A DNA stretch of 64,000 bases from an uncultured Lentisphaerota bacterium (GTDB taxonomy: Bacteria; Verrucomicrobiota; Kiritimatiellia; CAIQIC01): positions 51,546 to 115,545 of the forward strand of contig CAISWQ010000047.1 of assembly GCA_903889245.1 (NCBI GenBank), read 5' to 3'. Under the pieces are notes generated by a model, which saw only the letters and a list, made by a program, of their open reading frames with translations, made no database searches and was not told the DNA's origin. Shown here one piece after another: positions 49,586 to 59,507 of the stretch. Made by a program: the position numbers and the translations under genes. Position 1 is the first letter of the stretch. Each line of letters starts with the position of its first letter.

Positions 49586-50536
49586 TCATGTTCGCTCGCG
49601 CCAGCGGCGGCAGAGGTCGCGCGCGGCCCCGGCCCACGTTGGAAATTGAAAGGTGAAGCCCGCCTGCAGCAGCCGGCCGGGCGTCACACGGCGGCTCTTG
49701 AGGATCAGCTCGGTCTCCGTCCGCAGGAAGAACGCGCCGAGTTCCAGCATCCAGCGCGCGGCGGGCAGCCCGACCGGCTGCCCCCACGCCGCGCGCAACT
49801 CCCGCATGAACTCCGCGTGTGGCAGCGGCTCCGGCGCGGCGAGGATGACCGGGCCTTCCAGGTCCTCGTGCGCGAGCAGCCAGTGGATGGCGTTGATGTA
49901 ATCCACGTCGTGCATCCACGAGACATACTGGCGGCCGTCGCCCGCTCGCCCGCCCAGCCCGAAGCGCACGAGCCGCAACAGCACGTCGAAGACACCGCCG
50001 GGCGCGGGGCTCATCATCAGCGACGTGCGCAGCTTGACCTTGCGGGTGTGCGGAGTGACGGCCTCATCGAGCGCCTTTTCCCAGGCGAGTCCCACGCCGA
50101 CGCTGAAGCGCCACGTGTCCGGCGCGTCCGATTCCGTGCGGTCGAGGAGCCCGGTGGCCTCGTCGTTGAACGCGTCAAAGCGGTGCGTATAGACGGTCGC
50201 CGTGCTGGCCTGCAGCCAGACGCGCGGCGGCCGGCCGGCCCGCGCGATCGCTACGCCGACGACCCGCGTCGAGTCCACGCGGGAGGCGGTGATGGCCTGC
50301 CGGTTGGCCGGCGTGTAGCGGCAGTTCACGCTGCGCCCGGTCAGGTTGATGACCACGTCCGCGCCATCCACCTCGCCGGCCCACGTGCCCAGCGTCCGGC
50401 CGTCCCACATCACCACGCGCCACGGCACGGCTTGCGGTGCGCGGCTCAAGACCACCACCTCGTGCCCGGCCGCATAGAAGGAACGCGCCAACGCCTGACC
50501 GATTTGACCACTGCCACCCGGAATGACGATTTTCAT
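49586..50536 (-). CDS. TIGR01777-family NAD-dependent epimerase/oxidoreductase (YfcH-like)
   Basis: IPGGSGQIG, INLTGRSV, SRVDST, QYVSWMH, RLLQAGFTFQFP. Confidence 0.85.
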   Translation of the reverse strand: MKIVIPGGSGQIGQALARSFYAAGHEVVVLSRAPQAVPWRVVMWDGRTLGTWAGEVDGADVVINLTGRSVNCRYTPANRQAITASRVDSTRVVGVAIARAGRPPRVWLQASTATVYTHRFDAFNDEATGLLDRTESDAPDTWRFSVGVGLAWEKALDEAVTPHTRKVKLRTSLMMSPAPGGVFDVLLRLVRFGLGGRAGDGRQYVSWMHDVDYINAIHWLLAHEDLEGPVILAAPEPLPHAEFMRELRAAWGQPVGLPAARWMLELGAFFLRTETELILKSRRVTPGRLLQAGFTFQFPTWAGAARDLCRRWRERT

Positions 50537-50549
50537 AGTTCGTTGTCGC

Positions 50550-52859
50550 TCACCAGACCTTGAGCTTCAGACCGCCGCTGCCCGGCTGCTCGAACGGGCC
50601 GGGCGTCGGGTGCGAGGTATCCCGCTTTTTCCCGAAATAATCAGCCTCAATCTTCACCGGCGAGCCGTCGGCGTTTTCGTAGGCGACGCCCGGCACGTGC
50701 GCCCGGCCCAGCAGTGTGCCGGTCACGGGTTGGGTCGGCGCTCCCAGCGCCGCGGCGGGCAGGTTGAGGCGGAGATAGGTGCATGGTTCTTCTTCTACGA
50801 GCTGCACCTGCGGATGGGCGTCGGCCAGCACGACGGGCTGCGCCTCCTTGCCGTAGGGCCGCGCGCCATGGAGGTGGACGTTGCCGCCCGCCTGGGAGGG
50901 CAGATCGCGCGCGTCATAGACCCAAGGCCCGTAGCCGGCCACGCGGCGATGCCGGTCACCAGCCTTGGCCGGCTCGACCGCGGCGGCGGTGCCCGCGCCG
51001 ACGAAGAGGTTGTTGTAATAGCGGTTGTCGCCGCCCTTGATGGTGCGCAGGCCGGCGACGGCGGTAGCGTGCGCGGGATGGAAGGGCGTTTCGCGGCGCA
51101 ACTCCTCGGTGCTAATGATTTTCCCGGTCATCAGGTTGTGGAGATAGGCCCCGCCCTCCGACATATCCAGCAGCGCGACCGGCGAAAGGAAGAGGTTGTT
51201 ATCCACCACGAACGGGCCGTGATTCACCTCGACGAACAAATCCTCGGAGAGGTTGTCGTGGAAAAGATTCTGCGCCACGCGCGTGCCCTGCGCCATCCAG
51301 TCGAGCCAGAGCCCGCGGCAGGTCCGGTAGATGTGGTTGCTGCGGATCTCGGTATCAATCGCGCCGTGGAACTTGATGCCCGCCATCTCCGCACCGGTGA
51401 ACAGGCGGCGGATATGGATATCGTGAATCACGTTGCCGGTGACGGTGCTGAACGCGCAACCCAGGCTGCCGACGATGCCGGTCTGCTCGCAGTGCGAGAT
51501 GTGGTTGTTGCGCACCACGTGGTGCCCGATGTTCGCGCGCGTCCACGCGATCGGGTGCGCGTGTGCGCGCTCGATGGTCTTCACGTAGCCCTCGGCGGAA
51601 TTCGCCGACGTGTTGTCGAACTGGTCGCCGTGCTTGCCGAGCGCGACGCCGGAGCAGGTCGAGTGGCTGATGATGTTGCTCTCGATAATCCAGCCGCGGC
51701 TCCAATGCGTACCGATCAGCCCCGGCTGCTCGGCGGTCGGCGGCGCCCACGGCGTTGCCGCGTGGCGCATGACGAAGCCGCGCACGGTGATGAAATTCCG
51801 CCCCGGCTGGTCGGGATAGAAAACCGCCTGGCGCGCGTTGACCTCGACCAGTTGCTCGTTCGGGTTGACGCCCTTGAACTGCGCCCAGATCGTTGTGGTG
51901 CCGTTCGTCACCTGCGCGAACCAGAGCGGCGCGGCGGGCGCAGTCGGCCCGCCGCGCTGGAAGACGAAGCAAAGTTTTTGCACGCCGGAGAGCGGCTTGG
52001 TCCGCACCTTACAGGTGACCCACGTCTGCCAGCCACCGGTGTTCGCGACCGACGAGCTGCCGAGCAGCTCGCCCTCGGCGGAGTCGCGGCGCACCTCGAT
52101 GTTGGCGCCGGCCGCAGCACAGGAGACGCGCAGTTCAAGCTGGTCGGTCGGCTGCTTGAACTTCACGCGCTCGCAGCGCAGCCAGTCGCCGGGCTCGAGC
52201 CAGCCGACGCACTCGCCGCCTTCCGAGCACGGCGCTTTCTTCAGCTCGTGGTTGCCCGTCATGCCGGTGAAGGAAATCTGCTCCGCGCCCGAGCCGGGCC
52301 GCAGCCACGTCAGGTTGATGATGTACTCCTTGTGCGCGGATTTCGCCGGCGGTTTGCTGACGGCCTGGCCCAGCACCGCGTCGAGCGCAGCGGCCTCGAC
52401 CAGCCAGTCGCCGTTGAGATAGACCGCGCCGGTGTGGTGCACGCGGCCCTTCGGGCTGAACCAGTCGCCGCGGATCAGGTCGCTAAACGGATTGAACGCG
52501 CCGAAGATCGCGTCCGGCAGCGTCACCTTCCAGACATCATCCTGCACCCGCGTCCAGCCGGTGACGACTTCCGAGCCCTTGATCTCGACTTTCTCGCCCG
52601 GCGCGGCCTGATACACGATGCGCTTCGCGTCGCTCTCGCCGCCGCGCGGCGGATTGACGCGCTCGCGGTAAACGCCGGCGTGGACGGTGATCTCGTCGCC
52701 CGGCTGCGCGACCTCCGCCGCATGCTGGATCGTGCGGAACGGCTCCGGCCCGCACCCCACGCCCTTGTCGTTGCCGTTGGTTGCCACATGCCACTCGGTG
52801 GCGTGGCTGCCGGCCGCGAGCGCCACGGCGCCGGCCAGGATGAGCATGGATGTTTTCAT
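50550..52859 (-). CDS. Secreted GH120-like beta-xylosidase (beta-helix) with inserted CBM6-like module
   Basis: WHVATNGND..PFRTIQHAA..VHAGVYRE, WAPPTAEQPGLIG, GIKFHGAID, LWLDW; insert NTGGWQTW..GVQKLCFVF. Confidence 0.75.
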   Translation of the reverse strand: MKTSMLILAGAVALAAGSHATEWHVATNGNDKGVGCGPEPFRTIQHAAEVAQPGDEITVHAGVYRERVNPPRGGESDAKRIVYQAAPGEKVEIKGSEVVTGWTRVQDDVWKVTLPDAIFGAFNPFSDLIRGDWFSPKGRVHHTGAVYLNGDWLVEAAALDAVLGQAVSKPPAKSAHKEYIINLTWLRPGSGAEQISFTGMTGNHELKKAPCSEGGECVGWLEPGDWLRCERVKFKQPTDQLELRVSCAAAGANIEVRRDSAEGELLGSSSVANTGGWQTWVTCKVRTKPLSGVQKLCFVFQRGGPTAPAAPLWFAQVTNGTTTIWAQFKGVNPNEQLVEVNARQAVFYPDQPGRNFITVRGFVMRHAATPWAPPTAEQPGLIGTHWSRGWIIESNIISHSTCSGVALGKHGDQFDNTSANSAEGYVKTIERAHAHPIAWTRANIGHHVVRNNHISHCEQTGIVGSLGCAFSTVTGNVIHDIHIRRLFTGAEMAGIKFHGAIDTEIRSNHIYRTCRGLWLDWMAQGTRVAQNLFHDNLSEDLFVEVNHGPFVVDNNLFLSPVALLDMSEGGAYLHNLMTGKIISTEELRRETPFHPAHATAVAGLRTIKGGDNRYYNNLFVGAGTAAAVEPAKAGDRHRRVAGYGPWVYDARDLPSQAGGNVHLHGARPYGKEAQPVVLADAHPQVQLVEEEPCTYLRLNLPAAALGAPTQPVTGTLLGRAHVPGVAYENADGSPVKIEADYFGKKRDTSHPTPGPFEQPGSGGLKLKVW

Positions 52860-52861
52860 GG

Positions 52862-53899
52862 TTATTTCCTCCCGAGTTTCATGGGTACGACCACGGGCGC
52901 GGCGACGTCGCCGGCAAGCGCAAGCAGCAGGCGCGACGCGGTCTGCAAGGTCAGGTCGCCGCTCTTCACGCGCCCGATGGCGGCGGCGGTGAAGTCCTTC
53001 ACCTGCTCCGGCGTGCCGCAGCGCCGTGCGGCGAGCAGCCACAGGTCGGGCGTGATGCGCGGCGCGGTCCCGAACTGGCGGCGCAGGTTGTCCCACAGCT
53101 TCGGCGGCGGCGGATCGATCGTGAGCGCGAGATAAATGTTGGCGACGCCGTCGGGGTAGGGCTTCTCGAACGTCCGCACTTTCGGCGACTGGCCTTGCGC
53201 CCATGCGAAATGGCCCTGCTCGGGCAGCCAGAATTTCGCGATGGCAGTGCTGATGCGCGCCACCAGCGCGCGGCAGCGTTCCGCCTGCTCGCGCGCGCCG
53301 AGCGCCTCGAACAGCCGCGCGCCATCGAGCAGGCCAATGCAGACATCCACGTTGTCCATCGGATACTTGTAGAGGTGCGGCGTGGAGGACCACGTCAGGT
53401 CATCGGCGGGATCGAGCGCGGACTCGATGGCGTGCAGCGCCTGCCCGGCGCGCTTGAGCAGTTCGGCGGCGGGCAGACCCTCGGGCTGTGCCTCGCGATA
53501 GATCCGCAGCGCGCTCAAGTATGTCGGCGGATAGACGTCGATTGCCTTGCGCTTGGGCGAAGGTTTGTAATCCCGCCGCGTGCCGAGGAAGTCGGGAATG
53601 TTGCCATCGGCGCGCTGGTGGGCGGCGTACCAGTCGAGCCAGCGCTTCACGCGCACCAGGTCCTCCGGTTGCGGCTCGAGCCGGTGCGCAACGATCAGCG
53701 CGCCTGCCGCCACATTCCCGAAGTAGGGCCAGATACGCACCACGTCGCCGGTGCAGCTGACGCGGAACGCGCCGTCGGGCAGTTGCGTCTGGCGGATGAA
53801 GTCGCGGCACTGCCGGATCGCCTCCAGCGACGCGGCATCGGGCGCGGCCTGGCCGCTGACCGACAAAAGCAGAAGAATCATCAGAATGAATCGGCTCAT
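52862..53899 (-). CDS. Secreted hypothetical protein (possible alpha/alpha toroid)
   Basis: Signal peptide MSRFILMILLLLSVSGQA; coupled to both neighbours. Confidence 0.6.
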   Translation of the reverse strand: MSRFILMILLLLSVSGQAAPDAASLEAIRQCRDFIRQTQLPDGAFRVSCTGDVVRIWPYFGNVAAGALIVAHRLEPQPEDLVRVKRWLDWYAAHQRADGNIPDFLGTRRDYKPSPKRKAIDVYPPTYLSALRIYREAQPEGLPAAELLKRAGQALHAIESALDPADDLTWSSTPHLYKYPMDNVDVCIGLLDGARLFEALGAREQAERCRALVARISTAIAKFWLPEQGHFAWAQGQSPKVRTFEKPYPDGVANIYLALTIDPPPPKLWDNLRRQFGTAPRITPDLWLLAARRCGTPEQVKDFTAAAIGRVKSGDLTLQTASRLLLALAGDVAAPVVVPMKLGRK

Positions 53900-56154
53900 G
53901 GTTTTCCATCCGGCTTGTTGTTGCCGGCCGCATCCTGCGCACGGATGGCGGCGACCCAAATCTGGCTATCGCCGCCGCCAAAACCGATGTGTTGCAGAGC
54001 GCGACTGTGGTCGAGGGACTCCGGCGGGATACGGAAGCGCAGCGTGTCCCACTGCGGTTTGCGCGAGAGCGGCTGCTCCGGGCGCACGGGAATCCAGACC
54101 TTCTGCCGCGTGTTGATGGAGATGGTTTGCAACTGCGACTCGCCCCAGACATCCATCTCGAGCAACAGCGGCTTGGTGCGGTCGGCGGCCATGACGTGGA
54201 AGGTCGCCCAGCCATTGGCCTTGTCGCCCGGCCCGGTCTCGTCGGAATTCCAGCAGCGCCGGCCGCCCTTCATTTCCGCTTCGCCAAAACTGCTGTTAGC
54301 CACGCCCAGTTGCGCGCCTGTCTTCCAGCTCTTCACATAGTCGGCCGCTTCGCGCACGTTGCAGAAGGTGAGCGCCTTTTGGCCGGCCGCCTGCGCGGCC
54401 TCCCGGCAGGCCGGATCGCCGGTAGCCGCGAACCGGGCTTCCTGCTCGAAGCCTTCGATCATCCAGTAGCCATAGCGGAAGGTCTGCGCCACGCCGGCCA
54501 CGTGCTGCGCGGCGGTCGCGTCGCCGCCGGCCAGTTGCCGGGCGCGCTCCAGCGCGGCCAACGCGCGGTCGAGGCTCGCCTTCTCAAAGAGGCCGGCCGC
54601 CTGCGTGCGCGGATTGTCGCTATAGGCCCGGCCGGTCCGGCGCACGGCCGTCTCGATGGCGTCATAGAATTCCGTCATGGCCGGCGCCGCCGCTCCGAAC
54701 ATCCCCGCGATCCATTCGCGCGCGCACGCCTCCGGGTCGGCGGCCGGGTCCCACAGCAGCTTCGCGATGACGTAGTAAAGCGGGCCATCGAGCGGCCAGT
54801 CGTTGAGCGAGCTCTGGCAGTAGTAGCGCCGCACGCCGAGCGCGTGCAGGTATTTGATGTCGGCGGCGAACGTGTGCAGCACCGGGCGCGGCAGGCGCCA
54901 CCACATGGATTTGCTGACGTAGCTATAGATCATCAAGTCCGGCGTCAATCGCGTCCAGCGCTTGAGCAACTGGTTGAACTGCGCGTTGGCCGCCGAGGCG
55001 GGATCGTTGATCGCGCGGCTGTAGTCCGCCGGCGCGTAGTGGCAGAGGAACGGCACGACGTTCGGCCCGGGCCGGACCGTGTCGGGCGGCTCCGCATAAT
55101 TGATGTAGGCCAGCACCAGCAACTTTTTGTCGGGACATGTCTGCGCCACGCGGCCGGCCACCTCGTTGGCAAACCAGAACACGCGGTCGCCCATGAACGG
55201 CTTCTCCTTCGCGAGCCCCTGGCTGGTCGCGCGCGCGCCGCAGAGTTTTTTGTCGAGCGCCAGACACGCCTCGCACTCGCACCACCCGCCATCATCGTTG
55301 GGGCTGATGGAAAGCATGGGCGCGCCGGGATCCTCGGCAAAGGCCCGGACGACGTTCGCGGCGAACTCGTCGGCCAGGCCCGGCGCGGTCACGCAGAGCT
55401 GGTTGTGGGACTCGGTGGACGGCATCCGTTTGCCATCGAGGAGCGGATACCAGGCGGGGTGCGCCGCGAAGTAGCGCTTGGCCGGGATGATTTGGTGATA
55501 GGCGTGGACGCCATGAATGCTCCGCGGCCAGAAGGCGCACGCGCCGTTCGAGGCGGCGGACTCCGCCGCGTAGAAACCGTTCAGCCCGAGCTTCTGGCCC
55601 CAGCGCTCGTTGCCCGTCTTGTGCGTCGAAAACAAACGCCACGCGAACGCCGGCTGCGTATCGACGTGGAACGGCTCCACGTTGATGGTCTCCCGCTGCG
55701 GGACGAGTTCGTCCTCCGGCGTCAGCCAGCGGCAGCCGAGCGTTTCCAAAAACCGGTAGACGCCGAACAGACTTCCCCGCTCGCCGCCGCCGCAGATCGT
55801 TACGCCGTCCGGCCCGGCCGCGAGCCACACGCGCTCGTCGCCGCCGAAGTCCGTGGGTAGTTGCCGGCGCGCGGCCTGCGTCAAGCCCACGTCGATGCGC
55901 GCTCCATTGATGGGCATGCCTTCCTGAACGATGGGCAGCCTGGCGTGCGACATCCGCTCCAGATACGCGCCCAATTCCTGCGCTGCCACGCGCACCGTCG
56001 CCGAGGCCTCCGCCGGCACCACGATGGTGGCGCGCGCCTCGCTGTTTTCCACGAGGGTCACCGCCTGCGCGCCCACGGCCAGCGCGCAAACCAGCGCCAG
56101 CGTTTCCAAGCCTTGGAAAAAACTGCGCGGTTGGATGATGACAAAGAGTTTCAT
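53896..56154 (-). CDS. Secreted DUF4838-domain protein (GH20/GH67-like N-terminus)
   Basis: GSLFGVYRFLETLGCRW, SISPNDDGGWCEC, LAYINYAEPP; signal peptide contains FFQGLET from a palindrome copy at 56103-56122. Confidence 0.65.
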   Translation of the reverse strand: MKLFVIIQPRSFFQGLETLALVCALAVGAQAVTLVENSEARATIVVPAEASATVRVAAQELGAYLERMSHARLPIVQEGMPINGARIDVGLTQAARRQLPTDFGGDERVWLAAGPDGVTICGGGERGSLFGVYRFLETLGCRWLTPEDELVPQRETINVEPFHVDTQPAFAWRLFSTHKTGNERWGQKLGLNGFYAAESAASNGACAFWPRSIHGVHAYHQIIPAKRYFAAHPAWYPLLDGKRMPSTESHNQLCVTAPGLADEFAANVVRAFAEDPGAPMLSISPNDDGGWCECEACLALDKKLCGARATSQGLAKEKPFMGDRVFWFANEVAGRVAQTCPDKKLLVLAYINYAEPPDTVRPGPNVVPFLCHYAPADYSRAINDPASAANAQFNQLLKRWTRLTPDLMIYSYVSKSMWWRLPRPVLHTFAADIKYLHALGVRRYYCQSSLNDWPLDGPLYYVIAKLLWDPAADPEACAREWIAGMFGAAAPAMTEFYDAIETAVRRTGRAYSDNPRTQAAGLFEKASLDRALAALERARQLAGGDATAAQHVAGVAQTFRYGYWMIEGFEQEARFAATGDPACREAAQAAGQKALTFCNVREAADYVKSWKTGAQLGVANSSFGEAEMKGGRRCWNSDETGPGDKANGWATFHVMAADRTKPLLLEMDVWGESQLQTISINTRQKVWIPVRPEQPLSRKPQWDTLRFRIPPESLDHSRALQHIGFGGGDSQIWVAAIRAQDAAGNNKPDGKP

Positions 56155-56222
56155 CCGGCCTCGCGGCGGCGGCCGGGGGCGCAGCGTTGCTCGCGGAGTT
56201 TGTTCAGGCGCGCGACCAGCTT

Positions 56223-59200
56223 TCATTTTCCAGCCTTGACCGGTGTCATGGGTTCGCCTCGCAACGTCACCGGGCCGAGCAGGCCGGAGGGGAGCAGGGG
56301 CGTGTCCCGGGTGTAATACTTCCACGTGGTGAAGGTGAGGCGGCGCGGCTCGGGGCGCGGCTGGCCCTTACGGAACCACTCCGGCCACGCGGGCAGCGGG
56401 CCGGTCAGCCATTTGCCGTCGGCGGTGCAGTCGTCGGGATAGCGCTCGTCGCCGATCAGCCGGTTGGCCCAGAGGTTGGTGACCTTCACCTCCAGTTTGT
56501 TCGGCCCCGGCTGCAACGCGCCGGTCACATCGAGCTCGAACGGCGGTTTCCAGAGCGTGCCGAGCGGCTTCCCGTTGAGCGCGACCTCGGCAAGCACCTC
56601 GACGCGGCCGAGGTCGAGGATGAAATGGTTGATGGTTGATGGTTGATGCTGACCGGACAGTGCTGCGCTTGTGTTCCCATCAGCCATCCACCATGAGCCA
56701 TCAGCCATAAATTCTTTTGTATAGGTGGCGGTCCCGGAGAAATGGCGGATGCCGTCATCCTGGTGCGCGGTCCAATCCACCAGCGCGGGAAATTCCGCCG
56801 CGTCCGGTGCGCCGCGGCCCGGCGGGAAGCGCACCTGCCACGGACCGGCCAGCGGCGCGGTCGTGCCACTGGCGATGTTCACGGTCTGGCTGTGGCCATC
56901 GGCGAAGGTCAACTCGTAGCGGCCCGCGAGTGCCGACCGCAGTTGCACGCCGCCATTGCCGCACCACAGTTCGGGCATGGGCGTTGGCTTCGCGGCGCCC
57001 GCGCCGAACAGGCTGACGCCGTCGCGCTGGAGCGCGACCACCTGCCGCGCCGGTTCGGTCCGCTGACGGAATACGACGAACACGGAACCGGCGGGCGTGA
57101 AATGCAGCGGGACCAAGGTCGTCGTGTCCCGGCCGATGAAGGCGGCCGGCTGGAGCATCGCACCGGTTTCCGGGTTCCAGATTTCCGGACGCCGGCCTGC
57201 GATGCGGAATGTGCAGAGCGCATCCACCGCGCGGTGCTGCGGATTGGCGACGAAGTAGAGATCGGTCTCTCCGGCCTTACGGTGAATCCAGTTGAGCCCG
57301 TGAGTCGGCATCGTCACAGCGTCGTCATCGTCCGCTGTTTTCTTGCGGCGCAGTGGCACGGTCGAGAGCGACTCCGGCGTCGGCGCCGGGTTCACGGCGA
57401 AGGCGAGATCGGGCGCGCCGATCTCTGCACGCAGGGCGGCCTCCAGAGGTTGGCCCCAGATAATCCGGCCCGCGCCGAGCGCGTGCTCCGTGACGCCCTT
57501 GCCGTCGCAGTCGCCCCACAGTTCGGCGGCGAGCGCGCGCACTTCGTCATCGCAGCGTGGAAAATTTTGCAGGCTGGGCGAGCGCTGCGGGCGCGGGCCG
57601 AGCACGGTGGCGCCGGCGGCGACGAGGTCGCGGATACGGCGCAGCAGCTCCGGCGTCAGCGCAACATCGTCGGGCAGTTGCATGACGCGGTAGCTCATGC
57701 CGCCGGGCAGGACGATACGGTGCTGCTCCACGGTGACGTTCGTCAGCAGCAGCTTGTCGGAGAGGAAATCAAAGTTGTAGCCGCGGGGCAGGGCGGGGTA
57801 GCGCGCCGAGAGGCGCTCCATCTGCGGACGCGAACCGTAGTTCTCGCCATCGGGCACCAGCCGGCAGACGTCGGCGACGCAGCGGCCCTCGCGCAGGAGC
57901 GTCTGGCAGCGCGCGAGGTAGGCCATGAACGCGGCGCCCGGCCCCCACCAGGTCTGGTTGCGGTCGAGGTGCGTGCCGAAGGGGCCGAACGTCATGCCCG
58001 GCTCGAAGCCCGCCCACGGCTGGTGCACCATGCGATGGATGACGAGCTGATTGATGCCTTCGGAAAACGCCCAGTCGCCGAGGGCCTTGAGCGTGTAGGG
58101 ATGCTCGTTCCAGTTGCCGGTCTGCGGTGCAGCGGTGAAGCTTTCCGCACCGACGACCGGCTTGCCCGTGGCGTGCGCGGCCGAGGCCAGCAGGCGCGGC
58201 GAGAGCAGATGCCAGGCGTTCCAACGCCGCGTCCAGAACTCGGCCATCGGCACATCGGCCTCGGCGCCGTAGTCGAGCGGATTGAGGAAGCCGCCGTTGG
58301 GTCCGTAGGCCTCGATCGAAAGCCGGAGGCCGCGGCTGTGCGCAAGCGCGCGCGCGGCGGCCGCATACTTTTCGCAGAGCAGCTCGGACTGCGTGCGCCT
58401 GAAATCACGGCGGAAGCGCGCGGTGACCTCCGCGTTCTCCAGCGCCGGGCCGGCGGTCAGCGTCACCAGCCACGGCGTCAGGTCATAGCCGCGACGCCGG
58501 CGGAATTCCTCCAGCATGCGCGCGGTCCAGTCCTGTTCGCCGACTTCCCAGCTATCAATATGCGTCAGGGCGAGCGCCTTGCCGGCGGCGGGGCCGGCCT
58601 CCGTCGCCAGCTTGCCGATGAAGCCCTCGAAATGCCGGCGCATGGCCTCCGCGCTGAACTTGTCGCACTCGAGCCCCAGCCCGGCCTCGGGCGCCGGGTG
58701 ATTCATGTGCCCGTTCGAGGTGTGGCCGATCCGCCGGATTTCCCAGCGGCCGGCGGGCGCCTCCCACACAAGCTGGCCGGCGGCGGTGACGTTCGTCGTC
58801 AGATCGAGCACGCGCTCCAGCGCCACCGGCGCCGCGGGTGGCGCGGCAGCCGCTGCGGCCGCCGCAGCCGCCGCGGCCGCAGCCTGCGCCCGGCGCGCCT
58901 TGCCCTTCAACGGCGCTGCCGGTGCCGCCGCCGGCGCGGCGCCCGCGGCCGGGAAGGCCAGCACCTTGATGTCGCGATAGAAATCCTGCTTGGTCTTGGA
59001 CTGGGGCAGTTGTTCATCAACATGCCGCGGACCTTCGATGATCGTGCTGCTCCACACCAGCTTCTGCATGGAGTATTCCGGCTGGTTCCACGGCCCGCCG
59101 CTGCCGCACCAGCCGGCGTCGTTGTTCATGTTGATCTCGAGCCCGAGCCGGCCCGCCTCGGCCAGCACGTGCGCGAACAGCTCGCGCCACTGCGCGCTGC

Positions 59201-59471
59201 CGAAATCAACCTCGCCCGCGGGTGCCATCCGGCCTTGCTGGTGCTTCGACTGGCCCACCTCCATGATCAGCGCGCCGCCGATCCCGGCGCGCTGCATCGC
59301 CTCGAGGTCGGCGGTGAGTCCCGCGTGCGTGAGGTTGCCGTTCATCCAGAACCAATAGACCCACGGACGCGCGGCGGCCGGCGGCTGCGCGAAATCTTTC
59401 TCCAACCCATCGCCCGCGCCCGCAGCCAGCGCCAGCAGCGTGACGGCCAGAATCTTTTGAGCGAACTTCAT
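56223..59471 (-). CDS. Secreted GH106-like alpha-L-rhamnosidase
   Basis: RPWVYWFWMNGN, GWCGSGGPW, HIDSWEVG, DVPMAEFW, GAESFT, LDLGRV, LPSGLLGPV. Confidence 0.85.
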   Translation of the reverse strand: MKFAQKILAVTLLALAAGAGDGLEKDFAQPPAAARPWVYWFWMNGNLTHAGLTADLEAMQRAGIGGALIMEVGQSKHQQGRMAPAGEVDFGSAQWRELFAHVLAEAGRLGLEINMNNDAGWCGSGGPWNQPEYSMQKLVWSSTIIEGPRHVDEQLPQSKTKQDFYRDIKVLAFPAAGAAPAAAPAAPLKGKARRAQAAAAAAAAAAAAAAPPAAPVALERVLDLTTNVTAAGQLVWEAPAGRWEIRRIGHTSNGHMNHPAPEAGLGLECDKFSAEAMRRHFEGFIGKLATEAGPAAGKALALTHIDSWEVGEQDWTARMLEEFRRRRGYDLTPWLVTLTAGPALENAEVTARFRRDFRRTQSELLCEKYAAAARALAHSRGLRLSIEAYGPNGGFLNPLDYGAEADVPMAEFWTRRWNAWHLLSPRLLASAAHATGKPVVGAESFTAAPQTGNWNEHPYTLKALGDWAFSEGINQLVIHRMVHQPWAGFEPGMTFGPFGTHLDRNQTWWGPGAAFMAYLARCQTLLREGRCVADVCRLVPDGENYGSRPQMERLSARYPALPRGYNFDFLSDKLLLTNVTVEQHRIVLPGGMSYRVMQLPDDVALTPELLRRIRDLVAAGATVLGPRPQRSPSLQNFPRCDDEVRALAAELWGDCDGKGVTEHALGAGRIIWGQPLEAALRAEIGAPDLAFAVNPAPTPESLSTVPLRRKKTADDDDAVTMPTHGLNWIHRKAGETDLYFVANPQHRAVDALCTFRIAGRRPEIWNPETGAMLQPAAFIGRDTTTLVPLHFTPAGSVFVVFRQRTEPARQVVALQRDGVSLFGAGAAKPTPMPELWCGNGGVQLRSALAGRYELTFADGHSQTVNIASGTTAPLAGPWQVRFPPGRGAPDAAEFPALVDWTAHQDDGIRHFSGTATYTKEFMADGSWWMADGNTSAALSGQHQPSTINHFILDLGRVEVLAEVALNGKPLGTLWKPPFELDVTGALQPGPNKLEVKVTNLWANRLIGDERYPDDCTADGKWLTGPLPAWPEWFRKGQPRPEPRRLTFTTWKYYTRDTPLLPSGLLGPVTLRGEPMTPVKAGK
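56625..56708. repeat. Inverted pair of heptamer tandem repeats, in-frame in the GH106 gene
   Basis: (ATGGTTG)x3 ... (CAGCCAT-like)x4; translated MADGSWWMADG...HQPSTINH. Confidence 0.8.
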
Positions 59472-59507
59472 GGTTGTTCCGTCTCTGTGTTTCCAAGGTC
59501 AGGAAAA

